Below, in pieces: positions 9,388-20,276 of a DNA stretch of 64,000 nucleotides (positions are counted from its first letter, which is position 1; every line of letters starts with the position of its first letter). The notes beneath the pieces were generated by a model that was not told the DNA's origin, ran no database searches, and worked only from the letters and a program-made list of their open reading frames with translations. The stretch is from an uncultured Gemmatimonadaceae bacterium (GTDB taxonomy: Bacteria > Gemmatimonadota > Gemmatimonadetes > Gemmatimonadales > Gemmatimonadaceae). Where the stretch lies: positions 32,001-96,000 of the forward strand of contig CAVVTZ010000014.1 in assembly GCA_963751275.1 (NCBI GenBank). The letters run 5' to 3'. The position numbers were made by a program, and so were the translations under genes.

Positions 9388-11071
9388 TCAGAGCGCGCCG
9401 CGCTTCATCTCCTTCACGGCGTGGTCCACCGCGCGCGCCGTGAGCGCCATGTAGGTGAGGCTCGGATTCTGGCAGCCGGAGCTGGCCATGCACGCGCCGT
9501 CGGTGATGAACAGATTCTTCACGTCGTGCGCCTGGTTCCAGCCGTTGAGCACCGATGTCTTCGGGTCGCGCCCCATGCGCGCGGTGCCCATCTCGTGGAT
9601 GCAGAGACCCATCGGCGTCGGCGTGTCCTCGACATGGATGTCCTTGCCGCCGGCGGCCTCGAGCATCTCGGCGCCGCAGAGCGCGCCGTCCTTCACGAGC
9701 TTGATGTCGTTGTCGCCCCAATGCGCCTCGACGCGGAGCACGGGTACGCCCCACGCATCCTTCTTGTCGGGATCGAGCGACACGTGGTTGTCGTGGTTCG
9801 GCAGGCACTCGCCCCAGCCGCCCATCCCGAAGCGCCACGGTCCCCAGCTGCGCAGCGCGGCCTTGTACGCGGCGCCGAATCCCGGCGTGTCGTCGGCGTC
9901 TCGGATGGCCGCGGCTCCCGCCGCCCTGCATGCCGTAGCCGCGCAGGAAATCGGGATGCTGCGACTTCACGTTGCGGAAGCGCGGGATGTAGGTGCCGTT
10001 CGGGCGCCGCCCGAACGTGTGCTTGTCCGTCCAGCCATCGAAGGTCGCGCTCGACCAGCTGCCCATCGTGTGGTCCATGAGGTTGTGGCCCACTTCGCCG
10101 CTGGAGTTCGCGAGTCCGTTCGGGAAATCGGGCGACGTGGAGAGCAGCAGCAGCCGCGCGCTCTCCATGGTGGAGGCGCACAGGAAGACGATGCGCGCGC
10201 GGAATTCCATCGTCTGCTTCGTCACCGCGTCGATCACTGCGACGCCGCGTGCCTTGCCCGTCTTCGCGTCCCAGATCACGCGCGTGACCACGCTGTTCGG
10301 CCGCAGCGTCATGAGTCCCGTCTTCCGCGCGGCGGGGAGCGTCGCGTTCACCGAGGAGAAGTACGACCGCGTGATGCAGCCGCGCTCGCAGGGACCGCAG
10401 TAGTGGCATGCCGCGCGCCCATTGTGATTCACCGTCAGCACCGCGGCGCGGCCGATGGTGAGCATGCGCTCGCCATTGTACTTCTGCGCGAGCGTGTCGC
10501 GCATGTGCTCCTCGACGCACGTGAGCGCCATGGGCGGCAGGAATTCGCCGTCGGGCAGCTGCGACAGTCCCTCCGGATTCCCGGTGACGCCAATGAACCG
10601 CTCCACGTGCGAGTACCAGGGCGCGATGTCCTTGTAGCGGATCGGCCAGTCCACGCCGTGACCGTCGCGGAGATTCGCCTCGAAGTCGAGGTCGCTCCAC
10701 CGGTACACCTGCCGCCCCCACATGATGGAGCGCCCGCCCACCTGCCGGCCGCGGATCCACTTGAAGTCGGTGCCGGCGGCCTGGACGTACGGGTTCTCGA
10801 TGTCGCTCACGAAGAAGCGCGAGCCCATCTCGTCGCAGGCGTAGCACTCCTTCTGGATGGGCTGGTCGCGGTCGAGCGACTTGCGGTCGCCCATGTCGCG
10901 GAAGTGCATCTGCCAGGGCGCGACGTGCTCCACGTAGTCGCGCTCGGGAACGATGTCGCGCCCGGCCTCGAGCACGAGGGTGCGCAGACCGTGCTCGGTC
11001 AGCTCCTTCGCCGCCCAGCCGCCGGCCATGCCCGAGCCGACGACGATCGCATCGTACGCTTTCGGCGCCAT
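9388..11071 (-). CDS. GMC-family oxidoreductase (glycoside 3-dehydrogenase-like flavoprotein), frameshifted near 9905
   Basis: YDAIVVGSGMAGG, GGRSIMWGRQ, CHYCGPCERGC and GHNLMDH. The C-terminal IHEMGTARMG..QNPSLTYMAL lies in ORF 9388..9825. Confidence 0.88.
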
Positions 11072-11073
11072 GC

Positions 11074-11694
11074 TCAGCGCGGCTCCAGCGGCGTGCACGC
11101 TTTCCAGATGCCCGGGATCAGCACTTCCTGGCGCTCCACCGTGTAGCCGATCTCGCTGGTGTAATAACCGGTGACGGTGAGCGAGCGCATCTGGTGCCAG
11201 AACATCTTCGTGTGGTCGGGCGGACGCGGGCCGCTGCCCTGCTTCCACGCCTTGCGCGCGGCGCGCGCGGTGGTGAGCTCCGTGTCGAGCGCGCCGAGCA
11301 ATGCCGCGCGCTGGTCCGGCGAAGCGTCCACGAAGGCGCGCTGGTTCTGCTGCATCGACGCCGCGTCGAGCGCGGCGAGTCCGGCCAGAAAATCGGCGCG
11401 CTCCGCGTCGCTGCACCACTCCGAGAGGATCACGTCCACGAACTCGTCCACGTGCACGGCCTTCGCGCCCGGCGTGTCGGTGGCGGGGATGATCATCTCC
11501 GATACTTCCGCCACGGTGGCGCGTTGGTGTTCGTCGAGCGCCATGAAGCGGTGCGCACCGTCAGCCGGCGCCGTGGTTCCATCGTGGCCGAGATGCGCGC
11601 GCAGGCCATCGATGAACGCAATGGGCTCCCAGCGCAGGAAGCCGGGCGCCAGCGTCGCGGCGGCAAGCAATTTCAGCGCTTCGCGTCGTTCCAT
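11074..11694 (-). CDS. gluconate 2-dehydrogenase subunit-3 family protein (Tat)
   Basis: MERREALK twin-Arg signal; IIPATDTPGA and LTVTGYYTSEIG. Confidence 0.85.
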   Translation of the reverse strand: MERREALKLLAAATLAPGFLRWEPIAFIDGLRAHLGHDGTTAPADGAHRFMALDEHQRATVAEVSEMIIPATDTPGAKAVHVDEFVDVILSEWCSDAERADFLAGLAALDAASMQQNQRAFVDASPDQRAALLGALDTELTTARAARKAWKQGSGPRPPDHTKMFWHQMRSLTVTGYYTSEIGYTVERQEVLIPGIWKACTPLEPR

Positions 11695-11710
11695 CGTTCA
11701 GCGCGCCCGG

Positions 11711-12595
11711 CTAGACATCGCACAGCACCAAGGCCTCGCGCAGCGAGGTCAGCGGGTCGCGCGTGGGGTTGAACTCGTGCGCGACGAATCCGGTGTAGCC
11801 CGTGTCGGCGATCGCGCGCATGATCCCGCGCCAGTCGAGTTCCTGCGTGTCGTCCAGCTCGTGCCGGCCCGGCACGCCGCCGGTATGATAGTGGCCGATG
11901 TACTGCGCGTTCGCGCGGATCGTGGAGATGATGTCGCCTTCCATGATCTGCATGTGGTAGATGTCGTACAGCAGCTTCACGCGCGGCGACGCCACGGCGG
12001 AAACGACTGCCACGCCGAACGCCGTGTGATCGCCCTGGTAGCCCTTGTGGTCCACCTTGGAATTCAGCAGCTCCACGCAGATCGTGACGCCCGCCTGTTC
12101 GGCGAGCGGCGCGACCTGCTTCAGCCCATCCGTCGCCGCGGTGATCGCCTCGGCGTCGCTCCGGCCGTCGCGGTTGCCGAACATCGCGATGAGGTTCGGC
12201 ACGCCTTTGGCCTTCGCCACCGGCAGCGCCTGCTCGTACTCCTTGAGCAGCATCGGATGGCTCGCGCGGTTCGTGAACCCATTGCGCAGGAAATCCGCGC
12301 GGTCGGAGGCGTAACCCATGGAGCAGACGAGGCCGGCACCGTTGACGATGTCCCACTCGTTCTGCTGCAGGAGATCGATGCCGGCGAGCCCCATCGCCTT
12401 CGCCGCGGCGCAGAACTGCGGGAGCGGGATCTGCTCGTAGCACCAGCGCGCCACGGACTGCTTGATGCGGCCGCCGCTCTTCACTGCCGCCGCGCGCTGC
12501 GCGGCGGACTCGGCGGCAGCCGCGGGATCCACCAGCGCCAGCGCGCCGAGCGCGGCGGTGGCGGAGATCATCTCGCGGCGGGTGAGATCGGCCAT
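11711..12595 (-). CDS. hydroxypyruvate isomerase-like TIM barrel (Tat)
   Basis: LTRREMI signal; ELLNSKVDHKGY, LLYDIYHMQIMEGD and HTGGVPGRHE. Confidence 0.85.
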   Translation of the reverse strand: MADLTRREMISATAALGALALVDPAAAAESAAQRAAAVKSGGRIKQSVARWCYEQIPLPQFCAAAKAMGLAGIDLLQQNEWDIVNGAGLVCSMGYASDRADFLRNGFTNRASHPMLLKEYEQALPVAKAKGVPNLIAMFGNRDGRSDAEAITAATDGLKQVAPLAEQAGVTICVELLNSKVDHKGYQGDHTAFGVAVVSAVASPRVKLLYDIYHMQIMEGDIISTIRANAQYIGHYHTGGVPGRHELDDTQELDWRGIMRAIADTGYTGFVAHEFNPTRDPLTSLREALVLCDV

Positions 12596-12602
12596 CGGGC
12601 GC

Positions 12603-13461
12603 TCAGAACTCCAGATGCTTGAGGTAGGCGTAACTCGCCGCGATCGACTTGTACGCATCGCCCGGCTCGTCGTGCTCCACGAAGTAGTGCTTGATGCCCG
12701 CCTGCTTGCTCTGCCTGAAGATCTTCTTCCAGTCCATGACGCCGGCGCCCACGTCGTGCATCTCGTACTTGGGCGCGGGCCCCGCATCCTTCACGTGCAC
12801 GAGCGGGAATCGTCCGGGCCACTTCGGCGAACCACGCGAGCGGATCCTGTCCGGCGCTGGTGATCCAGTAGAGATCCATCTCGAACACCACGCCGGAACC
12901 GGCGGTGCGGTCGAGCATCACCTCGAGCCCCGTCTTTCCGTCGAGCGGCTCGAATTCGTAGTTGTGATTATGGTAGCCGAGCGTGATCCCCGCCGCCGCG
13001 GCCGTGCGGCTCGCGCTGATGAGCGTATCCGCCGCTGCGCGGTAGCTCTGCTGCGACACGCGGTCGTCGTCGTCCAGTGACGCCACAATGAGGTAGCTCA
13101 TGCCCATGGTGCGCGCGTCCTCGAGCGTGCGGGGCCAGTCCGCGGCCCGCACGGTGGCGATGTCGATGTGCGACGAGGGGGCGGTGAGTCCATTGGCATC
13201 GAGCGCTTTGCGGATCTGCTGCGGCGTGCGGGCGAAGTAGCCGGCGAACTCCACTTCCTTGTAGCCGATCTGCGCGACGCGCGCGAGCGTCCGGTCCACG
13301 TCCTTGGCCATCTGGTCGCGCACGGTATAGAGCTGGAGACCGATCCGCTTGATGCGTTCCGTCCGCTCGCGCGGCTCGAGCGCGTGCAGCAGGCGCGGCG
13401 CGAGCGCGCCGGCCGCGAGCGCGGCACCCGCGCGCCGCAGGAAATCCCGGCGATCGGTCAC
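12603..13461 (-). CDS. sugar phosphate isomerase/epimerase (xylose-isomerase-like TIM barrel, Tat), frameshifted near 12825
   Basis: DRRDFL signal; GLQLYTVR, GYHNHNYEF and FEMDLYW. HVKD and YFVEHD lie in the next frame. Confidence 0.85.
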
Positions 13462-14543
13462 GGCTTGGGCGTCACGTACGCCGGCGGCTCGGCTGAGACT
13501 TCGCCCACCACCACGAGCGCCGCGCCCTTCCACATGCTCGGCACGCCGCGGATGAACGTGATCACGCCGCTCACCGGCGCCGTCACGTCGCCGGTGGGGC
13601 GGCCCAGATAGTCGGTGGTGTAGCCCACTTTCGCGCCGGCGATCACATACTGGCCGCGGAGCGCGGTGGCGTAGAAGATGCCGGGTCCGGCGGCGGCGAC
13701 GCGCTGGTCGTTGGACACCCACACCGGATGCGCGCGCGGCGGCGCCGCGCGCGCGATCATCTTCATCGAACCCATCACGTTCAGACACCCATCGATGAGC
13801 GCGCTCACATCCTCGGGCGAAGACACGCCGGAGCGTCCCGCCTCCGCGACCACGGCGAGCTTGCCCAGCGACACCGCGTAGCTGCTGAGATTGCGCCGGC
13901 CTTCGGGCTTCGTGACGTCCACGTCGAAGAGGATGATGTATTCGAGGCCGAAGACGAGCGCGAGCTGTTTGTTCGCGGAGTCGAGCTTGGCGTCGCCCGT
14001 GCGCATCCAGTAGCTGTAGGGGCGCAGGTCCTCGTCCAGGTCGCCGCCGTGGAGGTCGACCACCGCGTCGGCCGGCTTCACGATCTGCTCCGCGACGACG
14101 CCGAGCGCGCGTTGCGTGATCGTGCCGGCGGGATCGCCGGGATAGAAGCCGTTCATGCTCTTGTGATCGATAGGATTCACGTGGACGATCATCCCTTCGA
14201 AGCTGCGGACATTGAGCAGCGGCGCGACGATCACCGTGCCGGCGAGCGTCTTGGGATCGATCCGCGCGATGATCTGCGAGAGTGCGATGATCGAGGCGTA
14301 CTCGGTGCCATGCGCGCCGGCGACGAGCGCCAAGACGGGGCCGGGCTTGGCGCCGTGGATCACCGCCACCGGCATTGAAGTTCCGCTATCGATTCCGGGG
14401 GGAACGATGAGGGCGCCATACGCCACGTCGCCGCGCTTGGCGGTGGCGGTGCCGACGGTGAAGGTGGGGTGGGGATCGGGGTGCTGAGCACTGAGCGGCG
14501 CGATGGCTACTGCGAGGGCGAGTACTGCGACCGAATATCTCAT
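13458..14543 (-). CDS. succinylglutamate desuccinylase/aspartoacylase (M14-like) family, secreted
   Basis: AGAHGTE, N..YPG, VDLHGG and AEAG; biotinyl-like C-terminal APVSGVI. Confidence 0.85.
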   Translation of the reverse strand: MRYSVAVLALAVAIAPLSAQHPDPHPTFTVGTATAKRGDVAYGALIVPPGIDSGTSMPVAVIHGAKPGPVLALVAGAHGTEYASIIALSQIIARIDPKTLAGTVIVAPLLNVRSFEGMIVHVNPIDHKSMNGFYPGDPAGTITQRALGVVAEQIVKPADAVVDLHGGDLDEDLRPYSYWMRTGDAKLDSANKQLALVFGLEYIILFDVDVTKPEGRRNLSSYAVSLGKLAVVAEAGRSGVSSPEDVSALIDGCLNVMGSMKMIARAAPPRAHPVWVSNDQRVAAAGPGIFYATALRGQYVIAGAKVGYTTDYLGRPTGDVTAPVSGVITFIRGVPSMWKGAALVVVGEVSAEPPAYVTPKP

Positions 14544-14549
14544 TCGCAG

Positions 14550-14578
14550 AGTATGCGGCTCGCCTCGTCAAACGGCAA
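14550..14578 (-). promoter_or_regulatory. candidate leaderless promoter
   Basis: TTGCCG-17 nt-CATACT-6 nt-ATG(14543), with no Shine-Dalgarno. Confidence 0.45.
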
Positions 14579-14581
14579 CGA

Positions 14582-14683
14582 CCGGGAACCGATTGCCGGG
14601 AGACGATGAGGCATGACAATCAATGCCGTTGTACTACGGAATTGGTTGTTATGCCTCATCGACTCCCGGCAATCGGTTCCCGG
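14582..14683. repeat. long imperfect intergenic palindrome
   Basis: CCGGGAACCGATTGCCGGGAG..GATGAGGCATGACAATCAAT ... ATTGGTTGTTATGCCTCATC..CTCCCGGCAATCGGTTCCCGG. Confidence 0.8.
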
Positions 14684-14693
14684 CCGTAGCAAG

Positions 14694-15473
14694 TTACGCC
14701 CCCGCCGTGAACCCTGAGAACGTGAAGCGATACGCAGCGGCCGTGGAGTCGTACGCCGCATGGAACGTGCGCGGATACGGGCCCGTGATGCCCGGGATCG
14801 CCGGGATCGGGAGATCGAAGGATTTCTTCTCCATCAGCATCGTCTTCGAGAGCATCGGTTCGATGAAGATCGGTTTCCCCTTGTAGTAGCCGATCACCAT
14901 CGAGCCGTTGAACGGCGTCGTGCTCGCCAGCTCGGAGCCGAGCATGGAGTGCATCCCCATCCCCGGCACGCAGAGACCGACGAGCGTGTCGACCTTGAGC
15001 ATCTTCGCCACGGGCGGCGGAAGCGGGACGTCGGGGAGCTGGTATCCCGGCGCGAGCGCGGCGGGCTTCGAGAGGTCCTTACAATCGATGGCCGCGATCT
15101 CCTCGGGGGAGATCAGATTGAAGTGGAAGTCGAAGTGCGGCGTGAGGTACGGGCCTGGCGGGTGGCCGTCTGGCTCCCAGAAGGTGGTGATCCCGTAGAA
15201 GCCCGTCTGGGCCTGCGAGCCGGCGGGCATCTTGGGCGACGACTCCGACACGGGGGGCCACGCCATGGGCGCGGTCTTCGGCGCGTTCTCGATGCTCGCG
15301 ATCGGCACCGTCGCGCCCGCCTCGATCACCGTGGCGCCCTGCGTGCGCGTCCACGTGCAGATCTGGGCCTGGTTGAAGTCGGTGCACTCTCCCTTCACAT
15401 CCACGATGGCGGCTTCCTTCTTGGCGCACGCGGTGAGCGCGACCGCGGCGGCGGCCAGCAGGTACGGACGCAT
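14694..15473 (-). CDS. lipoprotein, DUF5602/TTHB210-like His-rich domain
   Basis: Lipobox LTAC; WEPDGHPPGPYLTPHFDFHF, VPGMGMH and GKPIFIEPM. Confidence 0.7.
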   Translation of the reverse strand: MRPYLLAAAAVALTACAKKEAAIVDVKGECTDFNQAQICTWTRTQGATVIEAGATVPIASIENAPKTAPMAWPPVSESSPKMPAGSQAQTGFYGITTFWEPDGHPPGPYLTPHFDFHFNLISPEEIAAIDCKDLSKPAALAPGYQLPDVPLPPPVAKMLKVDTLVGLCVPGMGMHSMLGSELASTTPFNGSMVIGYYKGKPIFIEPMLSKTMLMEKKSFDLPIPAIPGITGPYPRTFHAAYDSTAAAYRFTFSGFTAGA

Positions 15474-15622
15474 CTTCGCTCCTGAGGAGGGGGGACGACT
15501 GGTGCTCGGACGGGGGCGATTATACGGGGCGCCGGCGCGAAGCACAATACATCGAGATGTTCCCACGCTGCGGCGGTGGCGCGGAATCGCTAGCTTCTTC
15601 CCTTCCTCACGCCCACGTCACC

Positions 15623-17282
15623 ATGCGCACGCTCCGCCCGCTGATCCTGATCGCCGCCATCTCTGCTGGCGGGATCCGCCGCCGCCCAGGCCGACACACT
15701 CTTCACGCACGCCGACACGCTGCGCGGTTCGAACACACCGCAGCGCGCGTGGTGGGATGCGTCGTTCTACGACCTGCATGTCACGGTGCATCCCGCCGAC
15801 AGTTCGATCAGCGGCTGGAACGGGATCACGTACCGCGTGCTCGCGGCGCCGGCGATGAAGACGGAGCAGATGCAGATCGATCTGCAAGTGCCGCTCGAGA
15901 TCGACAGCATCATCGCGATGGGGAAGCGTCTCACCGCGCGCCGCGATGGGAATGCATTCTTCGTCACCCTGCCCGCGACGCCAGCGGCCGGAACCACCGG
16001 CACGCTCGCCGTCTTCTTCCACGGCAAGCCGCGCGCCGCCAAGCGACCGCCCTGGGACGGCGGACTCATCTGGCAGCACGACTCCCTCGGCCGCACCTGG
16101 ACCGCCACCGCCAATCAGGGACTCGGCGCCAGCGTCTGGTGGCCGAACAAGGACTACGGCGCCGACGAGCCCGACAGCCAGCGCATCGCCATCACCGTGC
16201 CCGATTCGATGTTCGATGTCTCCAACGGCCGCCTGCGCACCATCGTGCATCACGCCGACGGAAGCACGACGTACGAGTGGTTCGTCGTGAGCCCCATCAA
16301 CAATTACGACGTGGAGATCAACGCCGGACAGTACGCGCACTACAGTGAACTGTACTGGGGCGAGAAGGGCCCGCTCACGATGGACTTCTGGCCGCTCGCC
16401 TACCACCTCGACGCGGCGCGCGCGCAGTGGCCGCAGGCCATTTCCATGATGCGCTGCTTCGAGTGGTGGTTCGGGCCGTACCCGTTCTACGAGGATGGAT
16501 ACAAGCTCGTCGAAGCGCCGCACCTGGGCATGGAGCATCAGAGCGGAACGGCTTACGGGAATGGCTACAAGAACGGCTACCGCGGCCGCGATCTCTCGGC
16601 CACCGGCTGGGGCACGAAATGGGACTTCATCATCGTGCACGAGAGCGCGCATGAATGGTGGGGGAACAGCATCACCGCCAAGGACGGCGCGGACGAGTGG
16701 ATCCACGAGAGCTTCGCGAACTATTCGGAGGCGCTGTACACCGAATGTCTCTATGGAAAGGCGGCCGGCGCGGAATACCAGCGCGGCACGCGAGTGCTCA
16801 TCAAGAACGACTCGCCCATCATCAATGGGCATTACGGCGTGAACCGGGGCGGTCCGCTCGACACGTACTACAAGGGCGGCAACGTGCTGCACACCATCCG
16901 CCAGGTGGTGAACAACGATTCCGTGTGGCGCGCGACGCTGCGCGGGCTGCAGGCCACGTTCTACCACCAGACCGTCACCACCGCACAGATCGAGAGCTAC
17001 ATGAGCGCGCACACCGGCGTGGACCTCTCAAAGATCTTCGACCAGTACTTGCGCACGACCATGGTGCCGGTGTTCGAGTACAGCATCGCCAACGGCGAAC
17101 TCAAGTACCGCTGGACGAACGTCGTTCCCGGCTTCGCGATGCCGTTGCGTGTGACGCTCAGCGACGCGAAGTACGGATGGGTCACGCCCACCACTGAGTG
17201 GCAGACGACGCCCGTACATCTCGACGTGCCGGCGGCGTTCACGGTGGACGAGAATTTCTACATTAAGGTCGAACGGCGCTGA
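15623..17282 (+). CDS. M1-family metallopeptidase, frameshifted near 15685
   Basis: Signal peptide; ADTLRGS, GMEHQS, HESAHEWWGN, WIHESF and YYKG. Confidence 0.88.
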
Positions 17283-17285
17283 ACG

Positions 17286-17339
17286 GCAGGCTGTCGGCTG
17301 TCGGCTGTCACCCGCAACAGCCGACAGCCGACAGCCTGC
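17286..17339. repeat. palindrome of 7-nt tandem units (GGCTGTC)n between convergent genes
   Basis: GCAGGCTGTCGGCTGTCGGCTGT-8 nt-ACAGCCGACAGCCGACAGCCTGC. Confidence 0.85.
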
Positions 17340-17342
17340 ATT

Positions 17343-18776
17343 TCACATGTGCGGATACCCGTTCACGATTTGCCGTAGCGAGTCCCCACTGCTCAGCCGC
17401 GCGTACCATTTCGTGGTCAGATACCACTCCGAGAAGATCGCGTCGCTCGCCGGGCTCGCGTGATGGAACGCGGCCTGTAGGTCCGCGCCGGTGGTGCCCG
17501 TCGTCTTGTAGCGCTGGTAGAAATCGCGATACGCGGCGTCGAACGTGTCAGGACCGAGCGTCGTGTACAGGGCGTCGAACATCGCGAAGCCCACCGAGTA
17601 CGAGAGGTCCGTCAGTTCGCGCTTCCCGTAATCCGCGAACGGCACGCTGGCGCACGGCACGGTCTGACACACGCGCTGAATGATCTGCTGCGAACGGTCG
17701 AGACGCGCATCCCAGTTCGACCACCCGTCGAGCTGCGCCGCCATGCGGTACTGCAGGAACATCGCGAGCCCTTCGTTCCAGCGCGGCAATGGCGTGTCGA
17801 GATCCTCGACATTCCACAGGTGCGACAGCTCGTGATATAGCTGCGGCAGCTGGGTTCGGTCGCGGAATGCGTCCGCGGTCTGGATGATCCCGCCCGCGAG
17901 ACTGGCCTGCGAGCCCCAGCCTTCGGGGATCTCGATCACGGTGAGACCGGCGTTCGCGCCGATCGGCCCGAACCATGCCGCGAACTGCGTCATCGCGCCG
18001 GCGACGGCGCGGTCGATCATCTGCGCACCCGACGAATCGGCCGGGAAATAGAATACGTGCAGTCCCGGCCGGTCGATCACGCGAAAGCGTGCGATCGCGA
18101 TGTTCATCGTCGGCGATGGCATCGTGCCCCGGTAACGCCACGTGACGAGCGAGTCGTGATGCTCAACAGGGAGCTGCTCGCCGCCCGTCGCGGCGACGAA
18201 CCCATCCGGCACGGTGACGCGCGCGCTGAAGGCGAAGGGAGGATAGCCGTGCGCGCGATTCAGCCGACTCGAGGGGACGCCGAGCACCGGGTAGGCGTAC
18301 GCATCCTCGCGAATGATCGTGAATGCGGTGTCGACGTGATCCTGGATGTAGAGCGAACCCGTTTCGGCGTAGCCGGTGAGATGTCCGCCGAAGTGCACGA
18401 CGATCGCGACGGAGTCCCCCGGCCCGACCGGCCGCGGCAGCGTTATGGTCGCCGCGTTCACTTGCAGGAGCGAGTCATCCTCGAAGAGCACGACGTCCTG
18501 CCGGAAGCGCAGCGCCTTCGCGCTCGCGCCGGTCACGCGCGCGACCTGCATGAGCCGATTGAGCAGCAGCGGGACGTTCGACACCGGCTGTTTTCCGGCG
18601 TTCACCAGTTCGAGCGTCTCGCTGCCTGCCACCGAGCCCTGCTCATAATCCACGCGGACGTCCAGCGCCCGGCTCGTCACGGCGAGCGGCGTCGCGACGG
18701 CATGTTGCGCTCGCAGCTCACGCGCCGGCGCGAGCAGCACCAAGCCAAGGAGAACCACCATCGCACGGCGAGTCAT
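17343..18776 (-). CDS. secreted gluzincin (M1-like) metallopeptidase
   Basis: Signal peptide; HELSHLW followed by RWNEGLA. Confidence 0.75.
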   Translation of the reverse strand: MTRRAMVVLLGLVLLAPARELRAQHAVATPLAVTSRALDVRVDYEQGSVAGSETLELVNAGKQPVSNVPLLLNRLMQVARVTGASAKALRFRQDVVLFEDDSLLQVNAATITLPRPVGPGDSVAIVVHFGGHLTGYAETGSLYIQDHVDTAFTIIREDAYAYPVLGVPSSRLNRAHGYPPFAFSARVTVPDGFVAATGGEQLPVEHHDSLVTWRYRGTMPSPTMNIAIARFRVIDRPGLHVFYFPADSSGAQMIDRAVAGAMTQFAAWFGPIGANAGLTVIEIPEGWGSQASLAGGIIQTADAFRDRTQLPQLYHELSHLWNVEDLDTPLPRWNEGLAMFLQYRMAAQLDGWSNWDARLDRSQQIIQRVCQTVPCASVPFADYGKRELTDLSYSVGFAMFDALYTTLGPDTFDAAYRDFYQRYKTTGTTGADLQAAFHHASPASDAIFSEWYLTTKWYARLSSGDSLRQIVNGYPHM

Positions 18777-18881
18777 GTGCCACCACCGGATGAACGGGTC
18801 GCCCCAACTATCGGGCCGCGCTCTCACGCTGGTATGGCACTTTTCCCGACCGGGCCGTTGCTTGCGGGTGCGCCGGGGGCC

Positions 18882-18959
18882 GGACTTGGACGCTTGACCT
18901 GGACGCTAGAGACCAGAACCGAGTTCCAGCGTCCAAGTCTAACGTCTCAGTCTGCAGTC
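18882..18959. repeat. degenerate ~7-nt-unit palindrome
   Basis: GACTTGGACGCT ... AGCGTCCAAGTC with repeated GACGCT/CAGTCT-like units. Confidence 0.6.
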
Positions 18960-19909
18960 AGAGCGGGATCTCTCCCTTGTGCCTCGCCAGCCACGTGTCG
19001 AAGTTCTGCAGCTCCGGATTCAGCGCGCGCGCCACCTTGGGATCGCGCACCGCGCAGTAGTCCTTCTCGAAGTCGCGCTTGAACTGGAACATGTTCCCCA
19101 TGTCATCCGCGCCGGGGAATCCGAAGCTCCGGTACATCGCCGGCGTGACTTCGTTGTACGCGACCGGCTTCCCCAGCGCCTTCGTGAACGCGGCCGCCAT
19201 CTGCGCGCCGGTGAGCTGCTCGCCGGAGATGCCGAGCGTCGTGCCGGCCAGTTCATCGCCGCGCTTGAAGATGCCGAGCGCGCACTTGCCGATGTCCTCG
19301 GCGGCGATCCCGGGAAGCTTGGCGCGGCCCATCGGCATCGTGAGCGCCAGCTTCCCATCGGGCCCCGGTTTGGGACCCGCGCCGAGATGGATGAAGTTGT
19401 CCCAGTAGAACGACGTCAGCAGGAACGTGGTGGGGACGCCGAGTTCCCGGAAATATTCGTCGGCCTCCGCCTTGGCGTCGAAGTGTGCGACCTTGTATTT
19501 GCCCTGCAGCGTGGGCATGCGCGTGTCCTCGAGCGGGATCCACTTGCGCGTGTCCTCGAAGGTGGACCAGATCGCGTGCCTCACGCCGGCGTCCTGCGCC
19601 GCGTTGGCCATGTTGTTCGCCTCGGCCTTCTCGCGCTCGGGATCCATGTGATCCCAGAAGAAGGTGACGCAGAACGCGCCGTGCGCGCCGGCGAAGGCCT
19701 TCTCCATGGCTCTTGAGGTCGTCCACGTTCGCGGCGACGACGTCGGCGCCGAGCGCGGCGAGCGCGCGCGCTTTCTCGGAATTCGGATCGCGCGTGATGG
19801 CGCGCACGCTGAACGCGCTGTTCTTGTCGTTGAGGATGGCGCGGGCGAGCCCCCCGCCCTGCGCGCCGGTGGCGCCGACGACGGCGATGATCTTTTTCTT
19901 GTCTGGCAT
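18958..19909 (-). CDS. NmrA/HSCARG-family NAD(P)-binding protein, frameshifted near 19712
   Basis: IAVVGATGAQGG and VRAITRDP, then AFAGAHGAFCVTFFW and HFDAKAE in the next frame. Confidence 0.88.
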
Positions 19910-19986
19910 GGTATGCCTCGTGAATACGTTGAGCTAGCTGCCCTCGCTTCAAGATATCATCCCGCGGCTCCGGCGGGCGACGCACT

Positions 19987-20246
19987 CCCTCGCAGCGGCC
20001 GACGCTCAAACCGCTTCGAGCCTCGCGCACACTGCGCGCGAGTCTCTCGCTTTTCGCTGAGGCCGCGCTCGGGAGCGCGCCGCCCGCCTGGGGATCGAGA
20101 ACTACAACAGCTTGCGCCGCTCGTGATCGACGTCAGGGAGCGGTGCCGTCCGAGGCGCAGCCGCGTCGCGAAAAGCAAGAGACTCGCGCGCCGTTCAGCC
20201 GCGAGGCTCGCAGCGTGTAAGCGCGTAAAGGCGGCGAGCACGAGGG
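19987..20246. repeat. ~260-nt imperfect intergenic hairpin
   Basis: Nested arms CGAGCCTCGCG/CGCGAGGCTCG and GCGCGCGAGTCTCTCGCTTTTCGC/GCGAAAAGCAAGAGACTCGCGCGC. Confidence 0.7.
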
Positions 20247-20276
20247 CGGCGCCGCGACCGGCCGCGCGATGACTTC

